Part shown: positions 1-7,939 of the stretch, one piece after another
How the letters are laid out: every line of letters begins with the position of its first letter
How positions within the stretch are numbered: position 1 is the stretch's first letter
Made by a program: the position numbers and the translations under genes
DNA from: a virus
Virus record (IMG/VR): IMGVR_UViG_3300017917_001112
Coordinates: 1-64,000 of that record
Reading direction: 5' to 3' (one strand)
Length of the DNA: 64,000 bases
The notes under the pieces: model-generated
What the model was told of the DNA's origin: nothing
Seen by the model: only the letters and a program-made list of their open reading frames with translations
The model's database searches: none

Positions 1-352
1 ACTAGCTGTATTACTTGCTGACGCACCTGCTGATGCATCTGCTGCAATGACTGCTGCAAGTTTAATGGCACAGAACAATGTATGGTATCCATATGTTGAA
101 ATGGCTGATGATGAATCACTCAAAGGACTACCTGCACAATTGCGTATGAATGCGATTGCGACACATGGTGGAACTACGAAAGAGAGATTCGAATCGTATT
201 CTCTTGCTGCAAGTATTGTTGGTAAGTGTCACTTCTGCGTAAAGGCACACTACGATGGGTTGAAGAAAATGGGTTACTCTGTAGAGCAACTTCGTGACAT
301 TGGTCGTATTGCTGCAGTTATGAATGCGTGCGCTAAAGTGCTAAATAGTTAA
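1..352 (+). CDS. ahpD: AhpD-like alkylhydroperoxidase / carboxymuconolactone decarboxylase family (5' truncated by window edge)
   Basis: C-terminal SLAASIVGKCHFCVKAH (CxxC..H) and AASLMAQNNVWY typical of AhpD; frame open upstream of 47. Confidence 0.8.
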   Translation, partial: LAVLLADAPADASAAMTAASLMAQNNVWYPYVEMADDESLKGLPAQLRMNAIATHGGTTKERFESYSLAASIVGKCHFCVKAHYDGLKKMGYSVEQLRDIGRIAAVMNACAKVLNS

Positions 353-353
353 T

Positions 354-449
354 ATGGATGAAACAGAATTAAAACTTAGACAGATGTATCTTGATACTGC
401 GAAATCAATTGTGCAGTTTATTAAAGCAAAACATTTCGGGTATTGTTAA
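354..449 (+). CDS. small hypothetical protein (31 aa, MDETELKLRQMYLDTAKSIVQFIKAKHFGYC)
   Basis: read manually; follows a CTAAATA late-promoter-like motif at 343-349. Confidence 0.4.
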   Translation: MDETELKLRQMYLDTAKSIVQFIKAKHFGYC

Positions 450-454
450 GAATT

Positions 455-718
455 GTTGTAATCCCTTCAAAGAGAAGGTGTTCTGGACGGGAGTTCGATT
501 CTCCCCACCTCCACCAATTATCTTTTCCAAGATAAAAGAAGATAATTGATGGGGGTGACTAGGTTTCGACAGGGCAAGATATCAGAGACGGCAACACGGT
601 AGGCGATGACCGTAAATCAAGCAAATCAAAGTAAACGCAAACGATGAAGTTTACGCATTGGCAGCTTAATCGCTGACTAGGGTTTCGGTTGGTTTCCTCG
701 TAACAGAATAACCAACCA
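455..718 (+). ncRNA. ssrA: circularly permuted (two-piece) tmRNA, tag peptide ANDEVYALAA
   Basis: acceptor piece with T-arm GGAGTTCGATTCTCC and CACCTCCA-CCA ends at 516; hairpin spacer 517-550; coding piece starts GGGGGTGACTAGGTTTCGAC at 551; G3.U70 pair; tag ORF 637-669. Confidence 0.93.
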
Positions 719-719
719 T

Positions 720-727
720 TATAAATA
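720..727 (+). promoter_or_regulatory. T4-type late promoter TATAAATA
   Basis: exact consensus upstream of the 815 operon. Confidence 0.65.
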
Positions 728-814
728 AGTTTATCCACAGTAAATGGATCATGGTGATAGTAACCATGTAAAAAACTATCAACACTTACACACAACACAG
801 AAAGGAAGTAAACT

Positions 815-1096
815 ATGTCAAATATGACTCCGTTCGAGATTCGCCTTGAACTACTAAAAATGGCGAAAGATATGCTTACTGAGGACTACTACGGTAAGCG
901 AGAGCAAGTTTCTAACGACTGGCAAGTCAAAGTAGAAGTTGCTAAACTAAATGGTGGTGCGATTCCAGAACATCCTGGATTCCCTATCTATCCATCCGAA
1001 GCTGATATTATCGCAAAAGCAAATGCGCTTAATGGCTTCGTAAGTCAAATCCCCCAAACTACACAAGAAAAGACTACTATCAAGAAGTCCACCTGA
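815..1096 (+). CDS. hypothetical protein of T4-like phages (TPFEIRLELLKMA...EADIIAKANALNGFV)
   Basis: ORF with AAGGA SD; sequence style resembles conserved T4-like hypotheticals. Confidence 0.75.
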   Translation: MSNMTPFEIRLELLKMAKDMLTEDYYGKREQVSNDWQVKVEVAKLNGGAIPEHPGFPIYPSEADIIAKANALNGFVSQIPQTTQEKTTIKKST

Positions 1097-1105
1097 TATG
1101 GGATT

Positions 1106-1135
1106 GGAGAGCGCACTCACGTGCGTTCTCTTTAA
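1106..1135 (+). terminator. hairpin, possible terminator
   Basis: GAGAGCGCAC-tcac-GTGCGTTCTC followed by TTT. Confidence 0.5.
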
Positions 1136-1153
1136 CTAATTAAGGAGATTAGA

Positions 1154-1699
1154 TTGAAACACTTACTAGCAATTATAGTAACATTAATACTCATCATATA
1201 TCTACTATTAAATGGAACATCAAGAGCTTTCGAAATTTCTTCAATAATCGAAGTGCCATACAAATTTTTAAATGCTTCAGAAAAAAGAGAAATTGATTGT
1301 TTAGCAGACAATATCTACTATGAAGCAGGATATGAACCCAAAGAGGGAAAGGTTGCTGTTGCTGCAGTGACTATGAATCGTGTTAAATCAAAACAGTTTG
1401 ACAGCACAGTATGTGGTGTTGTTAAGCAAAAAACACAAGGTGTTTGTCAGTTCACATGGTTATGTGACGGATCTAGTAAACGCAGACCAAATCCAGATAT
1501 GTATGAACAAGCAAGACAAATTGCATTATATGTTTACTTCAATCATTCAGTTATTGAAGATATGACAAAGGGAGCTATATATTATCATGCCGACTATGTT
1601 TCTCCAGGTTGGAATAATCTGAAGAAGACAGTTAAGATTGGTCGCCACATCTTTTACATTGACCCGAAAGTGAATACAAACTATGCTTCAAAAACTTAA
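1154..1699 (+). CDS. SleB-like cell wall hydrolase (Hydrolase_2)
   Basis: CLADNIYYEA.GE...GKVAVA.VTMNRV...CQFTW...YYHADYVSP.W....IGRHIFY motifs; N-terminal membrane anchor. Confidence 0.9.
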   Translation: MKHLLAIIVTLILIIYLLLNGTSRAFEISSIIEVPYKFLNASEKREIDCLADNIYYEAGYEPKEGKVAVAAVTMNRVKSKQFDSTVCGVVKQKTQGVCQFTWLCDGSSKRRPNPDMYEQARQIALYVYFNHSVIEDMTKGAIYYHADYVSPGWNNLKKTVKIGRHIFYIDPKVNTNYASKT

Positions 1700-2240
1700 T
1701 ATCAAATTAGATTCAGGCGATTCAAAACAAAATTTCTTTTTATTTATGGATGAGGTTACTACCGCATCTTGTAAAAATATTGTTGAGTGGATCTTTAGTT
1801 GTAATTTTGATGACGAACATTATGATTATTTAAATCTAATCATTTGCTCTCCAGGTGGCGATCTTAATGCTGCATTCGCAGTAATCGACACAATGAAAGG
1901 AAGTCATATTCCAGTAAGAACAATTGGTCTTGGTCAAATTGCTTCTGCTGGTTTGTTGATGTTTATTGCTGGTGAACAAGGAGCAAGAATTCTTACACCA
2001 AATACATCAATACTTTCGCATCAATATTCTTGGGGTTCTTTCGGTAAAGAGCATGAATTGTTTGCTCAAGTAAAAGAATTCGATTTAACAACAAAAAGAT
2101 TAATTACTCATTACAAGAAGTGCACTGGGTTAGAAGAACAAATAATCCGTGATAAATTATTACCACCACAAGATGTTTGGTTATCTGCTCAAGAAGCAAA
2201 GAAACTAAACCTATGTGATATTGTAAAGGATCTATACTAA
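1683..2240 (+). CDS. clpP: ClpP-like ATP-dependent protease proteolytic subunit
   Basis: ICSPGGD, GQIASAG (catalytic Ser), ILSHQ (His), DVWLSAQEAKKLNLCDIV. Confidence 0.9.
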   Translation: MLQKLNIKLDSGDSKQNFFLFMDEVTTASCKNIVEWIFSCNFDDEHYDYLNLIICSPGGDLNAAFAVIDTMKGSHIPVRTIGLGQIASAGLLMFIAGEQGARILTPNTSILSHQYSWGSFGKEHELFAQVKEFDLTTKRLITHYKKCTGLEEQIIRDKLLPPQDVWLSAQEAKKLNLCDIVKDLY

Positions 2241-2404
2241 TGAACTGGCTAAAATACTCAGGTGTGTTTCTTACCTTCGCAGTGAATCCATTTCACTGGA
2301 GATTGGGTTTAGAATGGGGAAAAGACGAACTAAGTGCATGGACGCTCAAGTTGAATTTGCTTCCACTTGGCGTCCATGTTGTTGTTGATAATGGTGATTG
2401 GTAA
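2240..2404 (+). CDS. small hypothetical protein (54 aa, MNWLKYSG...VVVDNGDW)
   Basis: read manually; ATG overlaps clpP stop (TAATG). Confidence 0.65.
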   Translation: MNWLKYSGVFLTFAVNPFHWRLGLEWGKDELSAWTLKLNLLPLGVHVVVDNGDW

Positions 2405-2926
2405 TTATAAAGCAAAGAACAACCAGTGAGCATTAGCCAAAAGCAATGCTCCAACTGCGCCAGCTGCAGCACCAGCCCAGAACAATGACATAGTAACTGC
2501 TAGAATAGAAGCAGTTGTCAAAACAATACCAATCTGCAATAATGAACCAGCGTATGTGAAGAAGGGTGACTTCTTCTTCGCTGCATCACGTTCTTCTTCA
2601 AGAATCTTTGCTTTAGCAGCAATTTCTTTCTTATCTGCTTCCATGCGTTTTGCTTCAGCATCTAATTTAATTTTAGCAGAACCATTTGCTTGAAGAGCAG
2701 CTGTTTCATATAAAACTTGACGCACATTTTTCGCTTGATACCAAGACCAAAGATTGTTTGCTGAAATTGTGTTATTTAAAATTTTACTAGAGTTAGAACC
2801 ACCAACAAGCGTATTGATTGCTAATAGAGCAGCCATAATAGAAATAGTAATAGCTGCCTTTCCTTTTATAATTGCTTCGCGTTCGCTGCGTGATAGTGGT
2901 TTCTTTTCTTGTGTTGTCTCAGACAT
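2405..2926 (-). CDS. membrane protein, DUF4337-like
   Basis: TM segments; NNLWSWYQAKNVRQ and LLQIGIVLTTASIL motifs. Confidence 0.7.
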   Translation of the reverse strand: MSETTQEKKPLSRSEREAIIKGKAAITISIMAALLAINTLVGGSNSSKILNNTISANNLWSWYQAKNVRQVLYETAALQANGSAKIKLDAEAKRMEADKKEIAAKAKILEEERDAAKKKSPFFTYAGSLLQIGIVLTTASILAVTMSLFWAGAAAGAVGALLLANAHWLFFAL

Positions 2927-3013
2927 TACTTGTCCTTCCTAAGTAGTCGAATGGCATATAGTGTAACTGGAGAATCCAGTATACATATATATCAAATAAA
3001 AGAAATGGGATAT

Positions 3014-3514
3014 TCATTTCCCAGCAAGTGGATTATCAAGAGCACGTTGAATTTTTCTATCAACAGCTTGATCAACTTGCTTCAATTCTTTACGCAAATC
3101 ATTAACATCTTGACCAACTTCGCGTTGTGATTGTTTTGCACTACGCTCAACTTGTTCAACTGTATTCTCTAAACGACGGATATCGCTCTTTAAATCATTT
3201 TTAATGTCTTGTGTATATTGAACTGACTTCTCAGATTGAACTGCAATTACATCTAATTTTTTGTGAATCTCGGATAAATCTGGTGATACATATTTCGCAA
3301 TCTTTTCTTTCATGCTTTGATAATCTTTATACACCTCAAAAGCACCATACAAACCACCGAGGATTGAAGATACGATAGTAAATGCTACCATTAATTTTGC
3401 TGGTGTAAACTCGTATCCGCCAATGCTGATAACAGTATCTTTACTAGCATACTTCTTAACAGCAGCTTCTGCTTCGTCAATTTTTTTATTGACGTCTTTG
3501 ATTTCTTCTGTCAT
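3014..3514 (-). CDS. hypothetical membrane-anchored coiled-coil protein
   Basis: one TM helix, heptad-rich region, ends ALDNPLAGK. Confidence 0.7.
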   Translation of the reverse strand: MTEEIKDVNKKIDEAEAAVKKYASKDTVISIGGYEFTPAKLMVAFTIVSSILGGLYGAFEVYKDYQSMKEKIAKYVSPDLSEIHKKLDVIAVQSEKSVQYTQDIKNDLKSDIRRLENTVEQVERSAKQSQREVGQDVNDLRKELKQVDQAVDRKIQRALDNPLAGK

Positions 3515-3524
3515 TTTACTTTCC

Positions 3525-3728
3525 TTATTTTTGTCTTTCTAATTGTTTTACCATACTGCGCATTTTTATCAACTCAGAAGCAGATGGACCTGCTGGTGTT
3601 TCTTTATCCATTTGTATAGTCAATTCTTTTGGTTCACTTTTAGTATACCAATACGCAGCGATTGCAAGAACTAGAACTTGCAGTAAATAATAAACCATAA
3701 ACGATTCGAATAAAACTGTTATTTCCAT
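3525..3728 (-). CDS. small membrane protein
   Basis: hydrophobic N-terminus; overlaps the upstream gene in an operon. Confidence 0.55.
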   Translation of the reverse strand: MEITVLFESFMVYYLLQVLVLAIAAYWYTKSEPKELTIQMDKETPAGPSASELIKMRSMVKQLERQK

Positions 3729-6145
3729 TGTAGTTCTACCATTTCGTTGTGTAATCTTTCTGATGCTCCAGATAAACCTCTAAGTGTTCTTGCATTGTCT
3801 ACGTTTTTTTGATTATTATATACAGTAAATGGTTGATAACCACGTCCGTCTGGTATAAAAGTTTTTCCGTAAACATCAAATCCTGGAACAAATGACATTG
3901 CAGAGATAACTACAGTTTGCACTTGTTTTTGTTGCTCGAAGTTTTGAGCATTCGACATTTCTTTTTGTGCTTCTTTTCCTTTTGATATCTCTTGTTGTTT
4001 TGCTACTTCTGCTCTTCTTTCATTAATTTCCTGTCTTGCTGTTTTTTGACCTCCAGCATTTTGAGAATCTGATTTAGCAGGTGTGCTCTGCGCACTTTGA
4101 GTAGTGCCTCCGCTAGTAGTCCCATCTTGTTTTTTCTCCTCTTGTCTTTTATCTTCTTGTTTCTCTTGTTTTCTTTCTGCGGCAACAGCAACAGCAGTAG
4201 GTGCTGGACCAGTGTTGTTTTCACTATTTTGTTTAGATAATTGAACTGGAGCAGCTGGTTCTGCAGCAGAATTAACTATTGCACTTTCTTTAATTACTCT
4301 GTCAGCATTACTATCACCTGTTTTAGAAACACCTGCCTCTATCTTACCATCAGAAGCAACAGCAATAGTTGTTTCTGTAGTAGATCTTGTAAAAGAAGTT
4401 GGCGATGGATTAGAAGAATTAGAAGCAGTTGAACTAGATGAATTTGAATTGTATCCTGGACACATTTTATTGGATTGTGGATTAGAACCACAAGAAGCAA
4501 GTGTCGTTGTGTAATTTGGGCAATAAGAATATGTTAATTGATTACTAGAGCAAGCATTACTAGCAGTAGTATATCCTGAACAAAGAGTATTACTCAGAGG
4601 ATTTGTTGAGCATGTTGTTTGTGCTGTTGAATATCCTGGACAATATGAAGCATATAGTGCATTCGAACTACATTGTGTTGTAGCATTTTGATAACTTGGA
4701 CAGTAAGACGCATAAAGTGGATTTAATGCGCATTGAGTTGAAGCAGTATTATATCCTGGACAAGCAGAGTCATACAATGGATTCGCTGTGCATTGTTGAT
4801 TTAGATATGCTTGAGCATATCCTGGACACTGCGGTGCATATAGAGGATTTAAAGAACATTGTTGAGTTAAATAAGCAGCAGCATATCCTGGACAAGAAGG
4901 ATTGTATAATTGATTAAGTGTGCATTGTTGATTGAAATATGCAGCAGCATATCCTGGACATTGTGGATCAAACAAAGCATTAGATGAACACTGTTGGTTG
5001 AAATATGCTTGAGCATATCCAGCACAAGATGGTGATGATAGGGGATTCGTTAAACATGGATCTGCTGTGTAAACTGCATTGCTATACATGTTACTGATTG
5101 TAGCAGTACCACTTGTCCAAGGCGACATTGCGAATGCTCCAAGAGTTGACATTGGAACAGAAGAGTTTAATCTGTATTTTTTTGAATACGAACCAGATAC
5201 TCCGTTGTTTCCACCATTATGTGTATTTGATTCGCTGAATATTGTTGCATTGTTGGTATCAGTTATAACTGTAGCAACACCTGCATCTGAATACTGCCAA
5301 CCTGTTAAACAAATACCAAACAAATCAATAAAGCTGCAGTATCTACCAGCAACATTGTAATTATATCCATAATCAAACCCATGAATAGTAGCACCTGCGC
5401 CTGCTAAAGCCAGTGCTTGATTGATAGCATATGCTTGGGTTCCTGTAGTTCCAGGTAAAAGATTATTACTTATTTGTACTGTATTATATCCTGGACATGA
5501 TGGAGAGTATGCTGGATTACTAACACATGGGTCAACTGTATAGTTTAATTTAAAATATGGATCTTTGAATTGTGGTCCATAATAACCTGCCCAAAATCTA
5601 CTGTCTTTACCAGTAAAAGAAAGAGTGGCATCGCCTACGCTCGCCAAAGAATATGGATTAGCAAATGTTTGCGTTTGACTCCATTGTGTCCATCCAGTAG
5701 TTGTTGCTGGTAAATTGTGAGAATATGATTGTAATACTGAACCATTATTACTTTTGATAGCTGCTGTAACTGATAGTGTTCCATCATAAGGATTTTGATT
5801 CATGTAAGTAGCACCATATTCCATGCCACCAATTTGAATTCCAGAACCAGATAGTGCTGAGTTAATTGCTAATGTATAACCGATAGTACCCTGAGTATAA
5901 CCAAACATAAACAATCCAGTTGATGCATTGTATCCAGGTTGATTACCACCAACAAAACCACCACCAGTTGAATTAGTAAGAGTAAATCCAGTCCAGTTAT
6001 ATTGTGTTCCTGCTGGAGCAGGATTAACTGTTGTTCCTGCTAAATTTGGAGTAGTTTGAACTTGTGCGTTAGAGTAAGAGAATGAGCAAAATAATAACAG
6101 GAATGCTCCAACCCACTTTGTTATCGAGTTCAAGATTCTGCTCAT
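3719..6145 (-). CDS. secreted Cys-rich repeat protein (808 aa)
   Basis: signal peptide; 11 repeats of C-x2-N-x6-C-[PAS]-[GSN]-Y; charged low-complexity C-terminus. Confidence 0.8.
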   Translation of the reverse strand: MSRILNSITKWVGAFLLLFCSFSYSNAQVQTTPNLAGTTVNPAPAGTQYNWTGFTLTNSTGGGFVGGNQPGYNASTGLFMFGYTQGTIGYTLAINSALSGSGIQIGGMEYGATYMNQNPYDGTLSVTAAIKSNNGSVLQSYSHNLPATTTGWTQWSQTQTFANPYSLASVGDATLSFTGKDSRFWAGYYGPQFKDPYFKLNYTVDPCVSNPAYSPSCPGYNTVQISNNLLPGTTGTQAYAINQALALAGAGATIHGFDYGYNYNVAGRYCSFIDLFGICLTGWQYSDAGVATVITDTNNATIFSESNTHNGGNNGVSGSYSKKYRLNSSVPMSTLGAFAMSPWTSGTATISNMYSNAVYTADPCLTNPLSSPSCAGYAQAYFNQQCSSNALFDPQCPGYAAAYFNQQCTLNQLYNPSCPGYAAAYLTQQCSLNPLYAPQCPGYAQAYLNQQCTANPLYDSACPGYNTASTQCALNPLYASYCPSYQNATTQCSSNALYASYCPGYSTAQTTCSTNPLSNTLCSGYTTASNACSSNQLTYSYCPNYTTTLASCGSNPQSNKMCPGYNSNSSSSTASNSSNPSPTSFTRSTTETTIAVASDGKIEAGVSKTGDSNADRVIKESAIVNSAAEPAAPVQLSKQNSENNTGPAPTAVAVAAERKQEKQEDKRQEEKKQDGTTSGGTTQSAQSTPAKSDSQNAGGQKTARQEINERRAEVAKQQEISKGKEAQKEMSNAQNFEQQKQVQTVVISAMSFVPGFDVYGKTFIPDGRGYQPFTVYNNQKNVDNARTLRGLSGASERLHNEMVELQWK

Positions 6146-6148
6146 TTT

Positions 6149-6679
6149 TTACTTTAAAGGTTCTGCTGGTTTATCCATGTTTACGACTGGTGGTAATACA
6201 GCATAATTACCAACTGCCTTTTTATCAACATTATCTAATACTCCACGCTTTTTCCATTCTTCTTTTGCTGCTTCTCCAATTTTACCCTCAATAGGACATG
6301 GTGTTCCTGCTGCTAACATAGAAGCAAATACACGCTCGTCTTGACATAGTGTTGCAACTGCTGCTACTTTCATTCCCATGTCATAAAGATTTTTGGAAAG
6401 TTTAATTCTTTCACAATTCATATCTCTCATAGTCCCACCCATGGAGATACCAAGAATTTGAGTTTGAACTGCACCAGATGCTGCTACTGCGCAGACATCG
6501 TTATTGATGGTTGTAATTGCTGGAGCCACTGCTGTAGGAGGTGGCGATTTAATTGTTGTTGTGCTATTTGATGTTGAGTCTGTTGTGCTTCTAGAAGTCG
6601 AGTCGGTTACAATTGGTTGAGCAATCGCAAGTGATGAAACCATGACCAAAAGACTCGCCGATGCGAATTTTTTAATCAT
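6149..6679 (-). CDS. secreted hypothetical protein with Cys residues
   Basis: likely start MIKKF at 6679 with SD; signal peptide; PPPTAVAP...DVC...NCERIKLS...CQDERV...GTPCP. Confidence 0.75.
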   Translation of the reverse strand: MIKKFASASLLVMVSSLAIAQPIVTDSTSRSTTDSTSNSTTTIKSPPPTAVAPAITTINNDVCAVAASGAVQTQILGISMGGTMRDMNCERIKLSKNLYDMGMKVAAVATLCQDERVFASMLAAGTPCPIEGKIGEAAKEEWKKRGVLDNVDKKAVGNYAVLPPVVNMDKPAEPLK

Positions 6680-6744
6680 TTTACTACCTTTACTGTTTAG
6701 GTTTTTATAATTATCATTGTATAGGGGATTCACACATTCAACAT

Positions 6745-6752
6745 TATTTAGT
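6745..6752 (-). promoter_or_regulatory. late-promoter-like ACTAAATA for the minus-strand operon
   Basis: TATTTAGT on + strand; the same motif occurs at other late operon starts. Confidence 0.5.
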
Positions 6753-6769
6753 CTTGTTCGGATATTTAC

Positions 6770-6798
6770 TTGACATATATTATTTGAAAGCGTAAAAT
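6770..6798 (+). promoter_or_regulatory. sigma70-type promoter
   Basis: TTGACA-17bp-TAAAAT. Confidence 0.65.
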
Positions 6799-6848
6799 AC
6801 CAGTGTAGGGGTTGATGTAAAAGACCTTACAAACTGTAGGGTTATCGC

Positions 6849-6877
6849 TTGACAAATATTCAGAACTAGAGTATAAT
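6849..6877 (+). promoter_or_regulatory. sigma70-type promoter
   Basis: TTGACA-17bp-TATAAT. Confidence 0.85.
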
Positions 6878-6883
6878 TGAAGT

Positions 6884-7189
6884 ATGAAAGGAAATATAAT
6901 GATTAATGAAATTGATAAAGAGATCCTGCTCATAACTCAGGAAGAATGTGCTGAAGTCAGTCAAGCAATCAGCAAAGTGTTTCGATTTGGTGCTGATGAT
7001 GTATTCAAAGGAATAAGCAATCGTCAACATCTTGAAGAAGAAGTTGGTGATTTAATGTGTATGATTGATCTTCTCATCGATAATGGTATCGTCAGCGAAG
7101 CAGCTGTGATGACTGCGAAACATGAGAAGATGAACAAGTTGATGACGTGGTCAAAAATTTTTTCCGAAATTGAAGAAAAAAGTGCTTGA
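6884..7189 (+). CDS. mazG: MazG-like nucleotide pyrophosphohydrolase
   Basis: EECAEVSQAISK...LEEEVGDL motif pair. Confidence 0.8.
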   Translation: MKGNIMINEIDKEILLITQEECAEVSQAISKVFRFGADDVFKGISNRQHLEEEVGDLMCMIDLLIDNGIVSEAAVMTAKHEKMNKLMTWSKIFSEIEEKSA

Positions 7190-7214
7190 CATATATAAAT
7201 AGATGAGGTATACT
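7186..7214 (+). promoter_or_regulatory. sigma70-type promoter with an embedded TATAAATA late motif
   Basis: TTGACA-17bp-TATACT; TATAAATA at 7194-7201. Confidence 0.8.
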
Positions 7215-7251
7215 TAATACCTCGATAATTGATAAAAGGATTTCAATTCAA

Positions 7252-7374
7252 ATGTTACAACTCTGTATGCATCAGCAAAGTTTAAGAGCCATCAAGGGAT
7301 GGTCGCTAGATGCACGCACATCAACATTTGCGTATGGCAATCCAGAGATTGATTGTGGGGGTACGGTAAGGTAA
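7252..7374 (+). CDS. putative attenuator leader peptide (40 aa, MLQLCMHQQSLRAIKGWSLDARTSTFAYGNPEIDCGGTVR)
   Basis: AAAGGA SD at 7235-7240; contains all 20 amino acids; last codons carry the antiterminator strand GGGGTAC. Confidence 0.7.
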   Translation: MLQLCMHQQSLRAIKGWSLDARTSTFAYGNPEIDCGGTVR

Positions 7375-7400
7375 ACGACCAAAAGTTTCCAAACCAAAGT

Positions 7401-7437
7401 ACCCCAAGAGATGAAAGTCCTTGGGGTTTTTTGTTTT
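7401..7437 (+). terminator. intrinsic terminator of the putative attenuator
   Basis: ACCCCAAG/CTTGGGGT stem plus TTTTTGTTTT; 5' strand overlaps GTACCCC, complementary to 7358-7364. Confidence 0.85.
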
Positions 7438-7456
7438 GTAGGCTATCAAAAAGTGC

Positions 7457-7485
7457 TTGACAAAATTAAAGAGTTAAGATATAAT
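7457..7485 (+). promoter_or_regulatory. sigma70-type promoter of the tRNA array
   Basis: TTGACA-17bp-TATAAT. Confidence 0.85.
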
Positions 7486-7496
7486 TCTTACTCTAC

Positions 7497-7510
7497 TGTT
7501 CTTTAACAAT
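7497..7510 (+). promoter_or_regulatory. rrn-type boxA antitermination element
   Basis: TGTTCTTTAACAAT vs rrn boxA TGCTCTTTAACA, just after the predicted transcription start. Confidence 0.7.
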
Positions 7511-7523
7511 TTGTTCACCTTGT

Positions 7524-7599
7524 GCTCGGTTCGTCTATCGGTCTAGGACACTGCCCTTTCACGGCAGGAAGAGGGGTTCGATTCCCCTACCGAGTACCA
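7524..7599 (+). tRNA. tRNA-Glu(TTC)
   Basis: cloverleaf; anticodon arm CTGCC-CTTTCAC-GGCAG; CCA. Confidence 0.95.
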
Positions 7600-7600
7600 T

Positions 7601-7715
7601 TTATTTTGCTGATTGTAAGCGATGGGCTTGATCATGCCTGACTAACTATGACGATAAGATGTAAACTCGAGTAAAGCATATGAGTCATAGCATACAGTGC
7701 AGTCAGCAAAATCAA
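7601..7715 (+). ncRNA. unassigned structured RNA (long closing stem with internal hairpins)
   Basis: ATTTTGCTGATTGTA pairs with TGCAGTCAGCAAAAT; inner CTATGAC/GTCATAG and GGGC/GCCT. Confidence 0.5.
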
Positions 7716-7716
7716 T

Positions 7717-7754
7717 GGTAGTAGACTCGTCGGGAGACGCTCAGGCTACCACCA
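7717..7754 (+). ncRNA. CCA-ended tRNA-like minihelix
   Basis: GGTAGT...GCTACC-ACCA acceptor-like stem enclosing a small CGTC/GACG hairpin. Confidence 0.45.
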
Positions 7755-7760
7755 ATTTAT

Positions 7761-7834
7761 GCGGGATTAGTTTAATGGTAAAACGGCAGTCTTCCAAACT
7801 TCAGTCGTGAGTTCGATTCTCACATTCCGCTCCA
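7761..7834 (+). tRNA. tRNA-Gly(TCC)
   Basis: cloverleaf; loop CTTCCAA; TCCA end. Confidence 0.93.
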
Positions 7835-7841
7835 CTTATAT

Positions 7842-7934
7842 GGGTGTGTTGATGCTATGGCGTGTGCATCCTCGGACTGTAAATCCGATCCCTCTGGGTA
7901 AACATTGTTGGTTCGACTCCAACCACACCCACCA
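7842..7934 (+). tRNA. tRNA-Tyr(GTA), atypical extended D-arm
   Basis: TCGGA-CTGTAAA-TCCGA; long variable arm; ACCA. Confidence 0.9.
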
Positions 7935-7939
7935 TATAA

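Noticed and set aside
731-739. Perfect DnaA box TTATCCACA
   Set aside because: Single copy in AT-rich DNA with no cluster; plausible by chance
559-798. 79-aa minus-strand ORF
   Set aside because: Antisense to the tmRNA coding piece
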